Positions 26,701 to 39,950 of a DNA stretch of 64,000 nucleotides are shown piece after piece. Below the pieces are notes generated by a model. That model was given only the letters and a program-made list of their open reading frames with translations, did no database searches and was not told where the DNA came from. Within the stretch, counting starts at the first letter, position 1. Every line of letters begins with the position of its first letter. A program made the position numbers and the translations under genes. The stretch is from Amoebidium appalachense (lineage: Eukaryota > Protista > Ichthyosporea). The stretch is from contig CAVNZM010000006.1 in assembly GCA_963693365.1 (NCBI GenBank), positions 2,356,001 through 2,420,000 of the forward strand, given 5' to 3'.

Positions 26701-29015
26701 GGCAGTCTTCTCCTTGCTGCTCTCCTCCAACCTTATCTGCCAAAAAGCTGCTTTTAAATCAAGTTTAGCAAAGTGAGTATAGCCGTGCAGCTGTGAAAGC
26801 TGCTCGTCTATGTTAGGGAGAGGCCATTGGTCTGCCTTAGTGATCCGATTCAGAGCCCTGTAATCGTTCACTAGGCGCCAAGACCCGTCGGGCTTCTTAA
26901 CCAATAGCACCGGACTTCTCCACGGACTCGAACTATGCTCCACATGACCCTTTTTTAACATATCACTCACTATTATTAGCGCATCCGACAATTTATACTG
27001 CTCCATTCTATAGCTAGGCATCACTACCGGCCTATTATCACCTGTGTCGATCTGCATTTCAAACCCTTTAACGAAGCCTACTTCGTTATCATCGGCCAGA
27101 AATGCAAACCGAGTCCTATCAAATAACTTAGCTAGCAATTTTTTCTGTTCTACCGTCCAATCCCCCTCCTTCATACCAAACGGCAATACTAACTCCGGGT
27201 TACCCCCATCACAAGTGGATGCATCCTTATTCACCGGAGTGCCACTTAACATTTCACCTCCTGTATTACATCGGTGCTGCTCGGGGTGAGGTTGAGGTAC
27301 CTCCGGATATAGGCGGTCACCCTTAGCACCCCCCCTCCCCCCGGCACACCAATGCCCCCGGGCAATTCCTGATGAGTTAGTGCATGTATGTGGGGGGCCA
27401 GGTCTGTGGCCACCCTGCCCCCCACGGTGTTGGTTAACCCGTCAGATCCACGGGTTAGACCAACACCCTCCCCCCTTGCCTGCACATTCTCACACCCGGG
27501 GTGACCCTCCTTCCTCTTGGGGGTCGGGGGAGTGGGACCGGTGCTGTCCCGGTCCCCCCCCCCATCGTGTCGGGTGACATTTTGGTGGCTAACGTTAAAT
27601 AAAGTTGTTCCCCCTCCTCCTGAGTCACCCTTCGAGCCGGCATCCTCCTTTTGGGTAATAAGAGAGACCTCTATACTACCAATCTCATTAGTGAAACTAC
27701 CGACGGAAACACCTGACCTAATCACTATAGGCTCGATGCCCGGATTCACTAATTCTATTTCTATTGTCTTATCCGGCCATACCCTACTAAGGGTCCATTG
27801 GGCCACCTCCTGAAATGGGGTTTTCGGAGTAAAAACCCCTAAATCCCCTATCCTAACATGATTGCCGGCCCGGACACGTACCGTTTGGCACTGATAAGGC
27901 TCGATTACTACTTCAGCTACCGTTCTAGCACCAGACTGATAACCGTCGAGCCCATCATGGGTTTTAATTTTAACGCCGGACTGCAATTCTAAAACATTCG
28001 TACGTTCAAACAAAGCATTCACATGTCTACGGAAAAATGGGGCTCCCAACAAAACACTTTGAGCTAAATCCTTAACCACATAACAAGCAATATGCATAGC
28101 CTGGCCACCTATCTCACACGGCAACACACAAACACCTTCCACAGACATACTACTATTATTAGCACTACCTAAGGCTGTGCTAGAAGCATCTAATATAGGA
28201 ATTTCCCCCCCGGCCTGATTAAAACGACGAATAAACGAAGCATGCACACAATTAACCTGAGCCCCTCCATCGAGCAAAGCAACAGCCTTCAACTTACCAT
28301 CAGCTAACCATACGTCTATATAATGCCGGCTAAAACCAACTAAATCCTCCTCCAATTCAAGCAACACATCATCACTCACTCCCAATCCCTGCCCACGAAG
28401 ACTCACACCCTCGATACCTACGTGCAACATACCTACCTGTGGTGCCTGCACGGGTGGGGTGGGGTGTGTATGTGATGTGGGTGGTGGTGGAGTGTGTGTG
28501 TGTGATGTGTGGGTGGGTGGTGTGTGTGTGTGTGGTGTATGTGTGGGTGTGTGTGTGGGTGTAGGTGTGTCTGCAACCGTCGTATGTTGTTGTGGTGGTG
28601 TGTTTCTATGTGTCTGTGCCTTCCCCCCCCTTCCCCCTTTACTCGTGTGTGTCCCCCCCCCTCCCGGAAACAATGGCACAGAAACCCCCTCCGGTGTGGT
28701 TAGAACAAACACCGGGTTGGGACAAGAAACACTGAGACCATCCACTTGTGGCTGGGGAACCTCCCCCAACCACAAAACATTCACACCATTCATACCTTTG
28801 GTAGAGTCACCCCACAAACATTCATGCCATACCACCTCGACGCTGTCTTGAGGACCCACGACGATGCCCGGCTCCCACACGTATCGGGGCGGTGAGGGGG
28901 CAAAGGGAAGCTTAACCTGGGGTGGGGGAGGGTGAAGGTTCTCTGCAACCTGGGGGGGACCGATACTGTCCCCCCCCCCTCCCTCAGTGACCCCAGCTTC
29001 CCCCTCCCCCGGAAC
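23775..29015 (-). CDS. pol: Element B pol: protease-RT-RNase H-integrase-chromodomain (broken by homopolymer frameshifts)
   Basis: Protease ALLDGGAQVN; RT WRSPVLLVKK, LDLKAAFWQI, PMGL, YLDD; RNase H CDAS, PERESHAI, YTDHK; integrase and chromodomain as in A. Breaks lie in G-runs. Confidence 0.93.
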
Positions 29016-30351
29016 TCAATAGCTCTTGTAACTACGGCAATATGCAGCAGAGTGCCCTTGCCGGCCACAAAAGTAACATGCACCAAAGAAGGGGCCAGGG
29101 GGGACTTCAAAACCTTGGCGCAAAGCATAACCGGGAGCCCGGTCATGCTGGGGGGGCCCACCGTGTGCACCACGGCCCCCCCTTCCCCCCCTGCCCCCCT
29201 CGGCCTCTCTCACCACCATTTCCACCCCTCCCTCTACCCTGCCCACCACCACGAGCAAGATAAGGGGCAAACCTCTCGGTGAACTGCTGCTGTTGTCCCC
29301 CACGTCCACCTCGGCCACGACCGCCGTGTCCACCCCGGTCGCCGCCACGGCCACCTCGGAAGCCGAAGCCCCCTCGGCCAGAAAAGACGGCCTGGGAGAG
29401 CTCGGCAACCTGCTTGACCAACATGGTGAGTGCATCTGGCTGTTCACCCTCTTTTTTCTCTTTTTCCCCCTTCTGTCCACTCTCCTTCTTTTTCTTGTCT
29501 ACTTCCATCACCTCCTTTTTATCCCTCTTATTGAACTTCACCTCGTGCATGGCAAGCAAGTGACGTTTAACATGCAACACCACCTCATCTACATCATCAT
29601 GCTCCCCAAACATGCGTGCAGTGTCTGTGTTTACAGAGAGAGCCTTACGAGCAAACTCGAATTTTTCCCTATCACTCACGTCACCAGCTAACTCACAAAG
29701 GTCCTCAAAGACCCGATATTCCCTCTCAAAGAATGCACGAGCTTCTACGGGGGACATATCTAGTGTGGGAAAGGTATACTTCCATTCTCTGAGCTGGGCC
29801 CGGAAGGTACGGCGCCGGTCGGCCGTCAGGTATCGGCCGACGAGCCGGGCCGTATACTCGAGCTCGTTTTCCGGCCGTGTGAAGGCCTCGAGCTCCCCGT
29901 CCACGTCGTCGGTGCTGTTCTCGTCCTCGTCGTCGGGGATGAACCGTGCGGCCAGACGTTTCTGGCCGAGTGTCCGGGACACCATCTCGTCCCTCCCCTC
30001 GTCGTACTGCTGCTCGTATATACGAGCCGTCACCTGGGGGGCCTGCTCGGCCCGGTACGGGTGCTCCTCCATCAGGGTGCATAAGTCGGCCATTGTTTTG
30101 TGGTCGATGCACTGTTTGATCATTAAGCACGAGGCCGCCACAGTGGGGGCCTTCTTTGTGTCTAACACTAGTGTGGGTGTGTTAGCTAGGAGTGTCCTAA
30201 GCCACCTAGGGATTTCCGAGTCGTGTTTGAGTGTAAAACTGAAAGCTGTGGTCTGTCTAACGTCTAGTGTATGAACCTGTGGTACCTGTGTGTGCAGGGA
30301 GCTATCCTCCGCTGCCAATGCGTAGAACATGTCTACGTTAAACTTAGCCAT
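29016..30351 (-). CDS. gag: Element B gag with RGG region and CCHC knuckle
   Basis: ATG at 30351. One frameshift in a G-run joins it to CYFCGRQGHSAAYC. TGA at 29016-29018. Confidence 0.88.
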
Positions 30352-30389
30352 TGTGTGGTGTGTGCCCTAACTCGTGTGGTTGTGTTTAT

Positions 30390-30427
<38 letters not shown>

Positions 30428-31475
30428 TGTGTTTGAGGTGTAGCAACAGCCCAGAAGGAACTGTCACCGCGTTACCCTAGCGCGAAAAACCGCACTAAAA
30501 GAAAGGTGTAGCTTGTCGTATCCTAATGTATGTGTACTAGAGACGCGGCACTCTACTAAGTGTACACACACGAAAAGGAACGAACGTGTACAGAAAAACG
30601 GTAAAGTTTATTAAGACCAGGCTCCGACGGGCAAACTTAGATCCGTACGGATTGAGTCTAAGTTACGACTGAGGCCATCAAGGCCGTGCCCTACAAGATC
30701 ATCATCACCTGGCCCCCTACGATGCCACATTCCATTAACATTCCGATCTACTTTTATCGTGCGCCTGCACGAGCTAAGTCGATCTACTCAACTAATATAT
30801 TTATCCAAGTCTCACCCCTCACCCTCCCCCTAGTGGCACCGCAGAGTCTAAATCTACATTTCATACTATCCTCCCCCCCCTCCCTCCCCCCTTTCCTCTA
30901 CATCTAAATATATAAATACGTTTGGCAACATATACTATCAAACCTTGCCAATCCTTACAAAAGGGCTTCTGCCCGAACAATGACATTCCTAAGTCCTCCT
31001 ACGATCTATCCTACACACTAATTAGAATTCTATTGGACGGCTGTCCCGGCTGACGTGGTCCAATGCCCTGCGCCGGCAGAGGCAAGATGCACGCAGCTGT
31101 ACAGCTATCTTGAGGCCCCGGACTTGATCTTGATGATCTGTGGACCCGGGCCACCCCCCCCCCCCCCCCCCCCCGATCTCGATCGTAGACTTAGGCTAAT
31201 CTGCTGAGACGGATTAGTATATGTCATATAGGAGAACTCACCGAGAGCCGCGGCCCACTTCTGCATCCTCTCGTTGACCAGACGAGTGGTGCCGGCCATG
31301 GCTAGGCAGGGCTTGTGGTCGGTGTAGACCTCAAACGTCCTGCCTGCGAGTATATACCTCCATGCCTGTGAGACTGCCCAAAAGATAGCATGGGACTCTC
31401 TCTCCGGATTGCTATATCTACGTTCACTTTTACTAAATGAACGACTAGCATAAGCAATCACTCTATCCTGCCCCT

Positions 31476-34151
31476 TGTCGTGGCAACAAACAGTGTGTAT
31501 ATGAACTACTCTAACTATCTGCACGCTTAAAGGGGCTCGAAACCGTGTATACGTATAAACTTTTCTTTGAGTTGGGTGGGAAGCGAGTTTTTTGTGTTCT
31601 GAGAAGAACTTCCAAAAGCCCGCGACCCCGCGAGACACTTCACAGACACGCGGCCCACTGGCCAGACAAATACCACAGTGACATTCAGCCAATCACAACA
31701 CTCCCTCCCCCACAGACTACACGCACTCCACACCATTGGCTACCGCGACCTCAGACACCCCTACAGCACTAGAACACGTACACACGTTTACTCACAATAC
31801 ATATAAGCATACACACACGCGAGCAGGCAACATGGGTCTCGCCACGCACACAGCAAGAAGCAATACAACATTTAACATGGAGAGTACGCAGAGGCATGGG
31901 GCATGCACGCGCGCACCAAACAATCAGCCGCCGCTGCATCAGATTCTCCCCATACCACTGATTAATCTCCTCATACCCCATTTAGACCCCGGCATCACTA
32001 TGCAAGAAAACCCCCGAAATTAACTCACCAAAACACAAAATATAGAAGCAAACTAATACGAATCAGCTCAGCACATGACAACTCCCCCCTCGCACAGAAA
32101 ATAACTGAGTTCCACCTCAGTAAAAACTACCTAAAAACAAAATAAAGTTATGTGCTGAGCGACTACAACTACCGCTAACCATGCAGGAAGCAACATATAA
32201 CATATAACATAAACATATACATGCATCCACGCACCACCCCAGCATGGTTAGTACCCAACCCAACCCCAAAACAAGGATAATATGAACCGCCACTGACGTT
32301 GCCCTGTAGATGCACCTCTGCCCCCGTCCACAACCTGCACCCAAAACCCCATGCCCCTGGCACAATGTTATATCGAGTGGAACATAGCAACAGACATGAT
32401 GCCAGACGCCATCCATACAACCACACTCAGCATGCCCCATCCACAAAGAATTCCTAACACAACCAAACATGCCGTGACGAACACCTCCAGACTCATGTGA
32501 CGTACACCTCCAGACTCTCTTGCTGGCCATTCCTCTACCCGACAAAGACGCCTACTAAGTAGGTCCCGGTGGTTTGGGAATGCCTCCGCCCCAACCGTGC
32601 CCTACCCAGCGGTGTGTCTAAGGCCTACTGCTGCACTGGGCACCACAACACTACTCAACAACACTACGGGCAGCCACTGCAAAGGGCCTCAACACCAGGC
32701 CCAGGGCAGCCACTCCAAGGGGCCTCAGCACCAGGCCCTTTGACGACGGGGGTTCACAACAGTGGGGGCCTGCCACTGCCATGACTACACTTCGACCCCC
32801 CCCCAGCCCCCTCGTCAGAGGGCCGAGCTCCCAAACAGCAGCAGGACTTTCTATTCCACTGACCCTAACCACACACGTCGCCAACACAGGACTCATACAC
32901 ACGTCGAAAACGCCAGGCACCAGTAGAAAACCCAGCGAAAAATAACAATACACAACTCTCATACAACAACAACAACCCAAGAGACGGCCTACCCCCTAAT
33001 AAAACCTTCATACCAGCAACACGGTCACCGACGTCCCTGCCCCCCACGACGGGGCTGTTTACACCACGCGTTGCCCCCGCTCCTTGCAGTTGTCGCAGGT
33101 GCCTGGGAAAGAGCCTGGCGCCGGCTCTTGCTGTCCCGCCCAAAGACGCCAGCCTGGCCCATCTGTTATCCCGTTGTGGCCGTGGCTGGTAGGGCTGGTA
33201 GCGCCGTGGGGAGGGTGACCGCCGCCGGTCCCTTCTGAGGCCTCTGCTGGGCAAACGGCCCTGAGCTTGCTAAGTCACCTAGGGAGGTCAAGGTCCTTAG
33301 CGAGGACTAAGTCCCCTGTGATACTAGTCCTACTGCTCATGTTGCCTATGCCAACTGTTGCTAGCTGTAGGTCCGTGTGTGCGTATGTTTCTTCTACCTC
33401 TAACCGGCGAAAAAGTCCTAAGTCAAAACCACTCATAACCGCTAGTCCTGAAAAAAAAAACTAGGGGTGAAAGCAACAGCCCAGAAGGACTAACAGTGCG
33501 TGTGCCCCCTCCCTGCAAAAAACTGCAGAGAAAGGGGGGTGTAGCTTGTCGTGGCAACAAACAGTGTGTATATGAACTACTCTAACTATCTGCACGCTTA
33601 AAGGGGCTCGAAACCGTGTATACGTATAAACTTTTCTTTGAGTTGGGTGGGAAGCGAGTTTTTTGTGTTCTGAGAAGAACTTCCAAAAGCCTGCGACCCC
33701 GCGAGACACTTCACAGACACGCGGCCCACTGGCCAGACAAATACCACAGTGACATTCAGCCAATCACAACACTCCCTCCCCCACAGACTACACGCACTCC
33801 ACACCATTGGCTACCGCGACCTCAGACACCCCTACAGCACTAGAACACGTACACACGTTTACTCACAATACATATAAGCATACACACACGCGAGCAGGCA
33901 ACATGGGTCTCGCCACGCACACAGCAAGAAGCAATACAACATTTAACATGGAGAGTACGCAGAGGCATGGGGCATGCACGCGCGCACCAAACAATCAGCC
34001 GCCGCTGCATCAGATTCTCCCCATACCACTGATTAATCTCCTCATACCCCATTTAGACCCCGGCATCACTATGCAAGAAAACCCCCGAAATTAACTCACC
34101 AAAACACAAAATATAGAAGCAAACTAATACGAATCAGCTCAGCACATGACA
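31476..34151 (-). mobile_element. Non-autonomous LTR element C (TRIM/LARD-like, 2676 bp) nested in A
   Basis: 605-bp LTRs at 31476-32080 and 33547-34151, with one substitution seen. TSD CCCCT. Has a PPT and gag remnants only; no pol. Confidence 0.95.
33059..33436 (-). pseudogene. gag: Internally deleted gag remnant in element C
   Basis: MSGFDLGLFRRLEVEETYAHT...DLDLPR*LSK aligns with the A/B gag start MAKFNVDMFYALAAEDSSLHT...DSEIPRWLRT. Downstream is a decayed knuckle, PGSFPGTCDNCKERGQ. Confidence 0.7.
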
Positions 34152-34156
34152 CCCCT

Positions 34157-37100
34157 CCTGCACTTGATATAACACGGCCCCCTCAGCAACCTTACTTGCA
34201 TCACACCGAACTTTAAACATCCCCCCCCCCGGCCGAAAAATCAGGATGAACAAGCATACTCGAAGACTGCAAAGCTAACTTAAGCTTTTCGAAAGCAGAA
34301 ACAGCATCAACATTCCAATCAATTCTATTCTTCTTCTCCCCCCCCGTCTGACTAGTTAACGGCAAAGCAAGCATACTATAATCCTTAATATAACGACGAA
34401 GATAATTAGTTAAACCTAAAAATTGCCTTAGTTGAGTGACAGTCTGAGGACGGGGCCACTCAACTATGGCCCGGATTTTCTCCGGATCAGGGGAAAGACC
34501 ATTACTTAGTCTAGACACAATATGACCTAAAAACTTAACCTCCGGCACACCAATCACAGTCTTGCTACCGCTAATACGAAGACCAGACTCACCCAAAGCT
34601 AAAAATACTTTTTCACAATTATTAACTAATTCCTCAAATGACCTACCTTTAATTAAAACATCATCCAAATAAGGGTGGCATACATCCAAATGAGGGTGGA
34701 GAATTTTATACATTACCCGGCACAACATAGCTGGAGAGGAGAGCAAACCCATCGGCACCACCTTGTACTGGAACAGCTGGTCACCCAGTGCAAAGGCAGT
34801 CTTCTCCTTGCTGCTCTCCTCCAACCTTATCTGCCAAAAAGCTGCTTTTAAATCAAGGTTAGCAAAGTGAGTATAGCCGTGCAGCTGTGAAAGCTGCTCG
34901 TCTATGTTAGGGAGACTCGGCCATTGGTCTGCCTTAGTGATCCGATTCAGAGCCCTGTAATCGTTCACTAGGCGCCAAGACCCGTCGGGCTTCTTAACCA
35001 ATAGCACCGGACTTCTCCACGGACTCGAACTATGCTCCACATGACCCTTTTTTAACATATCACTCACTATTATTAGCGCATCCGACAATTTATACTGCTC
35101 CATTCTATAGCTAGGCATCACTACCGGCCTATTATCACCTGTGTCGATCTGCATTTCAAACCCTTTAACGAAGCCTACTTCGTTATCATCGGCCAGAAAT
35201 GCAAACCGAGTCCTATCAAATAACTTAGCTAGCAATTCTTTCTGTTCTACCGTCCAATCCCCCTCCTTCATACCAAACGGCAATACTAACTCCGGGTTAC
35301 CCCCATCACAAGTGGATGCATCCTTATTCACCGGAGTGCCACTTAACATTTCACCTCCTGTATTACATCGGTGCTGCTCGGGGTGAGGTGGAGGTACCTC
35401 CGGATATAGGCGGTCACCCTTAGCACCCCCCTCTCCCCCCGGCACACCCATGCCCCCGGGCAATTCCTGATGAGTTAGTGCATGTATGTGGGGGGCCAGG
35501 TCTGTGGCCACCGGTGTTGGTTAACCCGTCAGATCCACGGGTTAGACCAACACCCTCCCCCCTGCCTGCACATTCTCACACCCGGGGTGACCCTCCTTCC
35601 TCTTGGGGGTCGGGGGAGTGGGACCGGTGCTGTCCCGGTCCCCCCCCCCCATCGTGTCGGGTGACATTTTGGTGGCTAACGTTAAATAAAGTTGTTCCCC
35701 CTCCTCCTGAGTCACCCTTCGAGCCGGCATCCTCCTTTTGGGTAATAAGAGAGACCTCTATACTACCAATCTCATTAGTGAAACTACCGACGGAAACACC
35801 TGACCTAATCACTATAGGCTCGATGCCCGGATTCACTAATTCTATTTCTATTGTCTTATCCGGCCATACCCTACTAAGGGTCCATTGGGCCACCTCCTGA
35901 AATGGGGTTTTCGGAGTAAAAACCCCTAAATCCCCTATCCTAACATGATTGCCGGCCCGGACACGTACCGTTTGGCACTGATAAGGCTCGATTACTACTT
36001 CAGCTACCGTTCTAGCACCAGACTGATAACCGTCGAGCCCATCATGGGTTTTAATTTTAACGCCGGACTGCAATTCTAAAACATTCATACGTTCAAACAA
36101 AGCATTCACATGTCTACGGAAAAATGGGGCTCCCAACAAAACACTTTGAGCTAAATCCTTAACCACATAACAAGCAACATGCATAGCCTGGCCACCTATC
36201 TCACACGGCAACACACAAACACCTTCCACAGACATACTACTATTATTAGCACTACCTAAGGCTGTGCTAGAAGCATCTAAAATAGGAATTTCCCCCCCGG
36301 CCTGATTAAAACGACGAATAAACGAAGCATGCACACAATTAACCTGAGCCCCTCCATCGAGCAAAGCAGCAGCCTTCAACTTACCATCAGCTAACCATAC
36401 GTCTATATAATGCCGGCTAAAACCAACTAAATCCTCCTCCAATTCAAGCAACACATCATCACTCACACCCAATCCCTGCCCACGAAGACTCACACCCTCG
36501 ATACCTACGTGCAACATACCTACCTGTGGTGCCTGCACGGGTGGGGTGGGGTGTGTATGTGGTGTGGGTGGTGGTGGAGTGTGTGTGTGTGATGTGTGGG
36601 TGGGTGGTGTGTGTGTGTTTGGTGTATGTGTGGGTGTGTGGGTGGGTGTAGGTGTGTCTGCAACCGTCGTATGTTGTTGTGGTGGTGTGTTTCTACGTGT
36701 CTGTGCCTTCCCCCCCCTTCCCCCTTTACTCGTATGTGTCCCCCCCCCTCCCGGAAACAATGGCACAGAAACCCCCTCCGGTGTGGTTAGAACAAACACC
36801 GGGTTGGGACAAGAAACACTGAGACCATCCACTTGTGGCTGGGGAACCTCCCCCAACCACAAAACATTCACACCATTCATACCTTTGGTAGAGTCACCCC
36901 ACAAACATTCATGCCATACCACCTCGACGCTGTCTTGAGGACCCACGACGATGCCCGGCTCCCACACGTATCGGGGCGGTGAGGGGGCAAAGGGAAGCTT
37001 AACCTGGGGTGGGGGAGGGTGAAGGTTCTCTGCAACCTGGGGGGGACCGATACTGTCCCCCCCCCCTCCCTCAGTGACCCCAGCTTCCCCCTCCCCCGGA

Positions 37101-38438
37101 ACTCAATAGCTCTTGTAACTACGGCAATATGCAGCAGAGTGCCCTTGCCGGCCACAAAAGTAACATGCACCAAAGAAGGGGCCAGGGGGGACTTCAAAAC
37201 CTTGGCGCAAAGCATAACCGGGAGCCCGGTCATGCTGGGGGGGCCCACCGTGTGCACCACGGCCCCCCCTTCCCCCCTGCCCCCCTCGGCCTCTCTCACC
37301 ACCATTTCCACCCCCTCCCTCTACCCTGCCCACCACCACGAGCAAGATAAGGGGCAAACCTCTCGGTGAACTGCTGCTGTTGTCCTCCACGTCCACCTCG
37401 GCCACGACCGCCGTGTCCACCCCGGTCGCCGCCACGGCCACCCCGGAAGCCGAAGCTCCCTCGGCCAGAAAAGACGGCCTGGGAGAGCTCGGCAACCTGC
37501 TTGACCAACATGGTGAGTGCATCTGGCTGTTCACCCTCTTTTTTCTCTTTTTCCCCCTTCTGTCCACTCTCCTTCTTTTTCTTGTCTACTTCCATCACCT
37601 CCTTTTTATCCCTCTTATTGAACTTCACCTCGTGCATGGCAAGCAAGTGACGTTTAACATGCAACACCACCTCATCTACATCATCATGCTCCCCAAACAT
37701 GCGTGCAGTGTCTGTGTTTACAGAGAGAGCCTTACGAGCAAACTCGAATTTTTCCCTATCACTTACGTCACCAGCTAACTCACAAAGGTCCTCAAAGACC
37801 CGATATTCCCTCTCAAAGAATGCACGAGCTTCTACGGGGGACATATCTAGTGTGGGAAAGGTATACTTCCATTCTCTGAGCTGGGCCCGGAAGGTACGGC
37901 GCCGGTCGGCCGTCAGGTATCGGCCGACGAGCCGGGCCGTATACTCGAGCTCGTTTTCCGGCCGTGTGAAGGCCTCGAGCTCCCCGTCCACGTCGTCGGT
38001 GCTGTTCTCGTCCTCGTCGTCGGGGATGAACCGTGCGGCCAGACGTTTCTGGCCGAGTGTCCGGGACACCATCTCGTCCCTCCCCTCGTCGTACTGCTGC
38101 TCGTATATACGAGCCGTCACCTGGGGGGCCTGCTCGGCCCGGTACGGGTGCTCCTCCATCAGGGTGCATAAGTCGGCCATTGTTTTGTGGTCGATGCACT
38201 GTTTGATCATTAAGCACGAGGCCGCCACAGTGGGGGCCTTCTTTGTGTCTAACACTAGTGTGGGTGTGTTAGCTAGGAGTGTCCTAAGCCACCTAGGGAT
38301 TTCCGAGTCGTGTTTGAGTGTAAAACTGAAAGCTGTGGTCTGTCTAACGTCTAGTGTATGAACCTGTGGTACCTGTGTGTGCAGGGAGCTATCCTCCGCT
38401 GCCAATGCGTAGAACATGTCTACGTTAAACTTAGCCAT
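34157..38438 (-). pseudogene. gag-pol: Element A gag-protease-RT
   Basis: Near-identical to B. Has small in-frame insertions in RT (QWPSLP, IVSRLSNG) and frameshifts. Confidence 0.93.
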
Positions 38439-38476
38439 TGTGTGGTGTGTGCCCTAACTCGTGTGGTTGTGTTTAT

Positions 38477-38507
<31 letters not shown>

Positions 38508-39028
38508 TCTGTGTGTTTGAGGTGTAGCAACAGCCCAGAAGGAACTGTCACCGCGTTACCCTAGCGCGAAAAACCGCACTAAAAGAAAGGTGTAGCTTGT
38601 CGTATCCTATTGTATGTGTACTAGAGACGCGGCACTCTACTAAGTGTACACACACGAAAAGGAACGAACGTGTACGGAAAAACGGTAAAGTTTATTCAGA
38701 CCAGGCTCCGACGGGCAAACTTAGATCCGTACGGAATGAGTCTAAGTTACGACTGAGGCCATCAAGGCCGTGCCCTCAAAGATCATCATCACCTGGCCCC
38801 CCTACGATGCCACATTCCAAACATTCCGATCTACTTTTATCGTGTGCCTGCACGAGCTAAGTCGATCTACTCAACTAATATATTTATCCATGTCTCACCC
38901 CTCACCCCTCCCCCTAGTGGCACCGCAGAGTCTAAATCTACATTTCATACTATCCTCCCCCCCCCCCTCCCTCCCCCCTTTCCTCTACATCGAAATATAT
39001 AAATACGTTTGGCAACATATACTATCAA

Positions 39029-39950
39029 TGTTAAATTGTATAAGTATTTGGGATGAAAGCAGAGACACAGTGGTGCAGTGTAAAAACACCACAGACACAC
39101 ACAACAACAAAACACGGAACGATCGGAGCAGTGTACACAACAGACATCAATGTTTAGACACGACTGAACTGAATTTATTCTGATCTTCGAATAAATACCT
39201 GAAATTCCTCTAAGTCCAATCCATACATGATTTCCGACCAGTCGGAAATCAGATCTATCTCTAATAGAAACCAATCACTAAGAACCAATTGCTTTCAGAG
39301 AGATCCGGTACGCGGAGACGCACACGATAGGACACAGACACTAGTTAAGGTCAACTTGTGTCATCATCAAGGAAGTTCTAACCTATGACATACTGCAAAG
39401 ACTCAGACATATCACACTTAACCTTGATGATTGGTTAAAGCCCGGCAACACATGAAAACTAAAGTAAATTAATGAAGTCTAAACACACATGCTATTCTAA
39501 GTGTAGCCTAAGTGTGTTACCGTCCAATGAACACGTAAGTAGCACAAATCTACCTAACATATATTAGTAGAAAAGAAATACGATTATACACATGAAGACA
39601 AAGAGATAAAGAAAAGAAAATAAGGAAGGAGAAAGAGGAAGGAAAAGAGAGCACAGATCAACAAACAAGATAGCAATAGCATAACTATAACCAGAGATAT
39701 TTATGTACACACGAACATGTACACGTCTCTCCCTGAGTGGGTGGATCCGTGTACACACATATAAATATTCTAATCGATATTACAATACACGATTAGAGCC
39801 GATACAACACGATTACAAGTATACAAGCATATCGGAGATCGATGCTTCATTTTACATAATAGGAGTGTGGCATATACACTAAGCATATGAACTGAAACAT
39901 AACACAAACTGAGAAGATCTTACCATATGTAGATACTACGTATTACAACA
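39029..39950. mobile_element. Solo LTR (family D, copy 2) inserted in the 5' LTR of A
   Basis: TG...CA termini with TSD ATCAA at 39024-39028 and 39951-39955. Reverse-complement homolog of 64-998. Confidence 0.93.

Larger units (their letters stand above)
22868..31226 (-). mobile_element. Chromodomain Ty3/Gypsy element B (full length, same family, inserted in the RNase H of A)
   Basis: LTRs 22868-23591 and 30514-31226 differ by eye only in homopolymer length. TSD TATAG at 22863-22867 and 31227-31231. Confidence 0.97.

Noticed and set aside
25660-27340. Programmed frameshifts inside Gypsy pol and gag
   Set aside because: Breaks fall in G-runs and differ in position or direction between copies A and B, which fits homopolymer errors or decay.
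29612-30274. Antisense ORF over gag (also 37699-38361)
   Set aside because: It is a Ser-rich shadow of the acidic, GC-rich gag codons, and its presence in both copies only reflects their near identity.
33275-33277. UGA or UAG reassignment in the host genetic code
   Set aside because: One TGA aligns with Trp in a dead gag, but host exons use TGG with no in-frame stops, and TAG and TGA end the YR and RT ORFs at sensible places.
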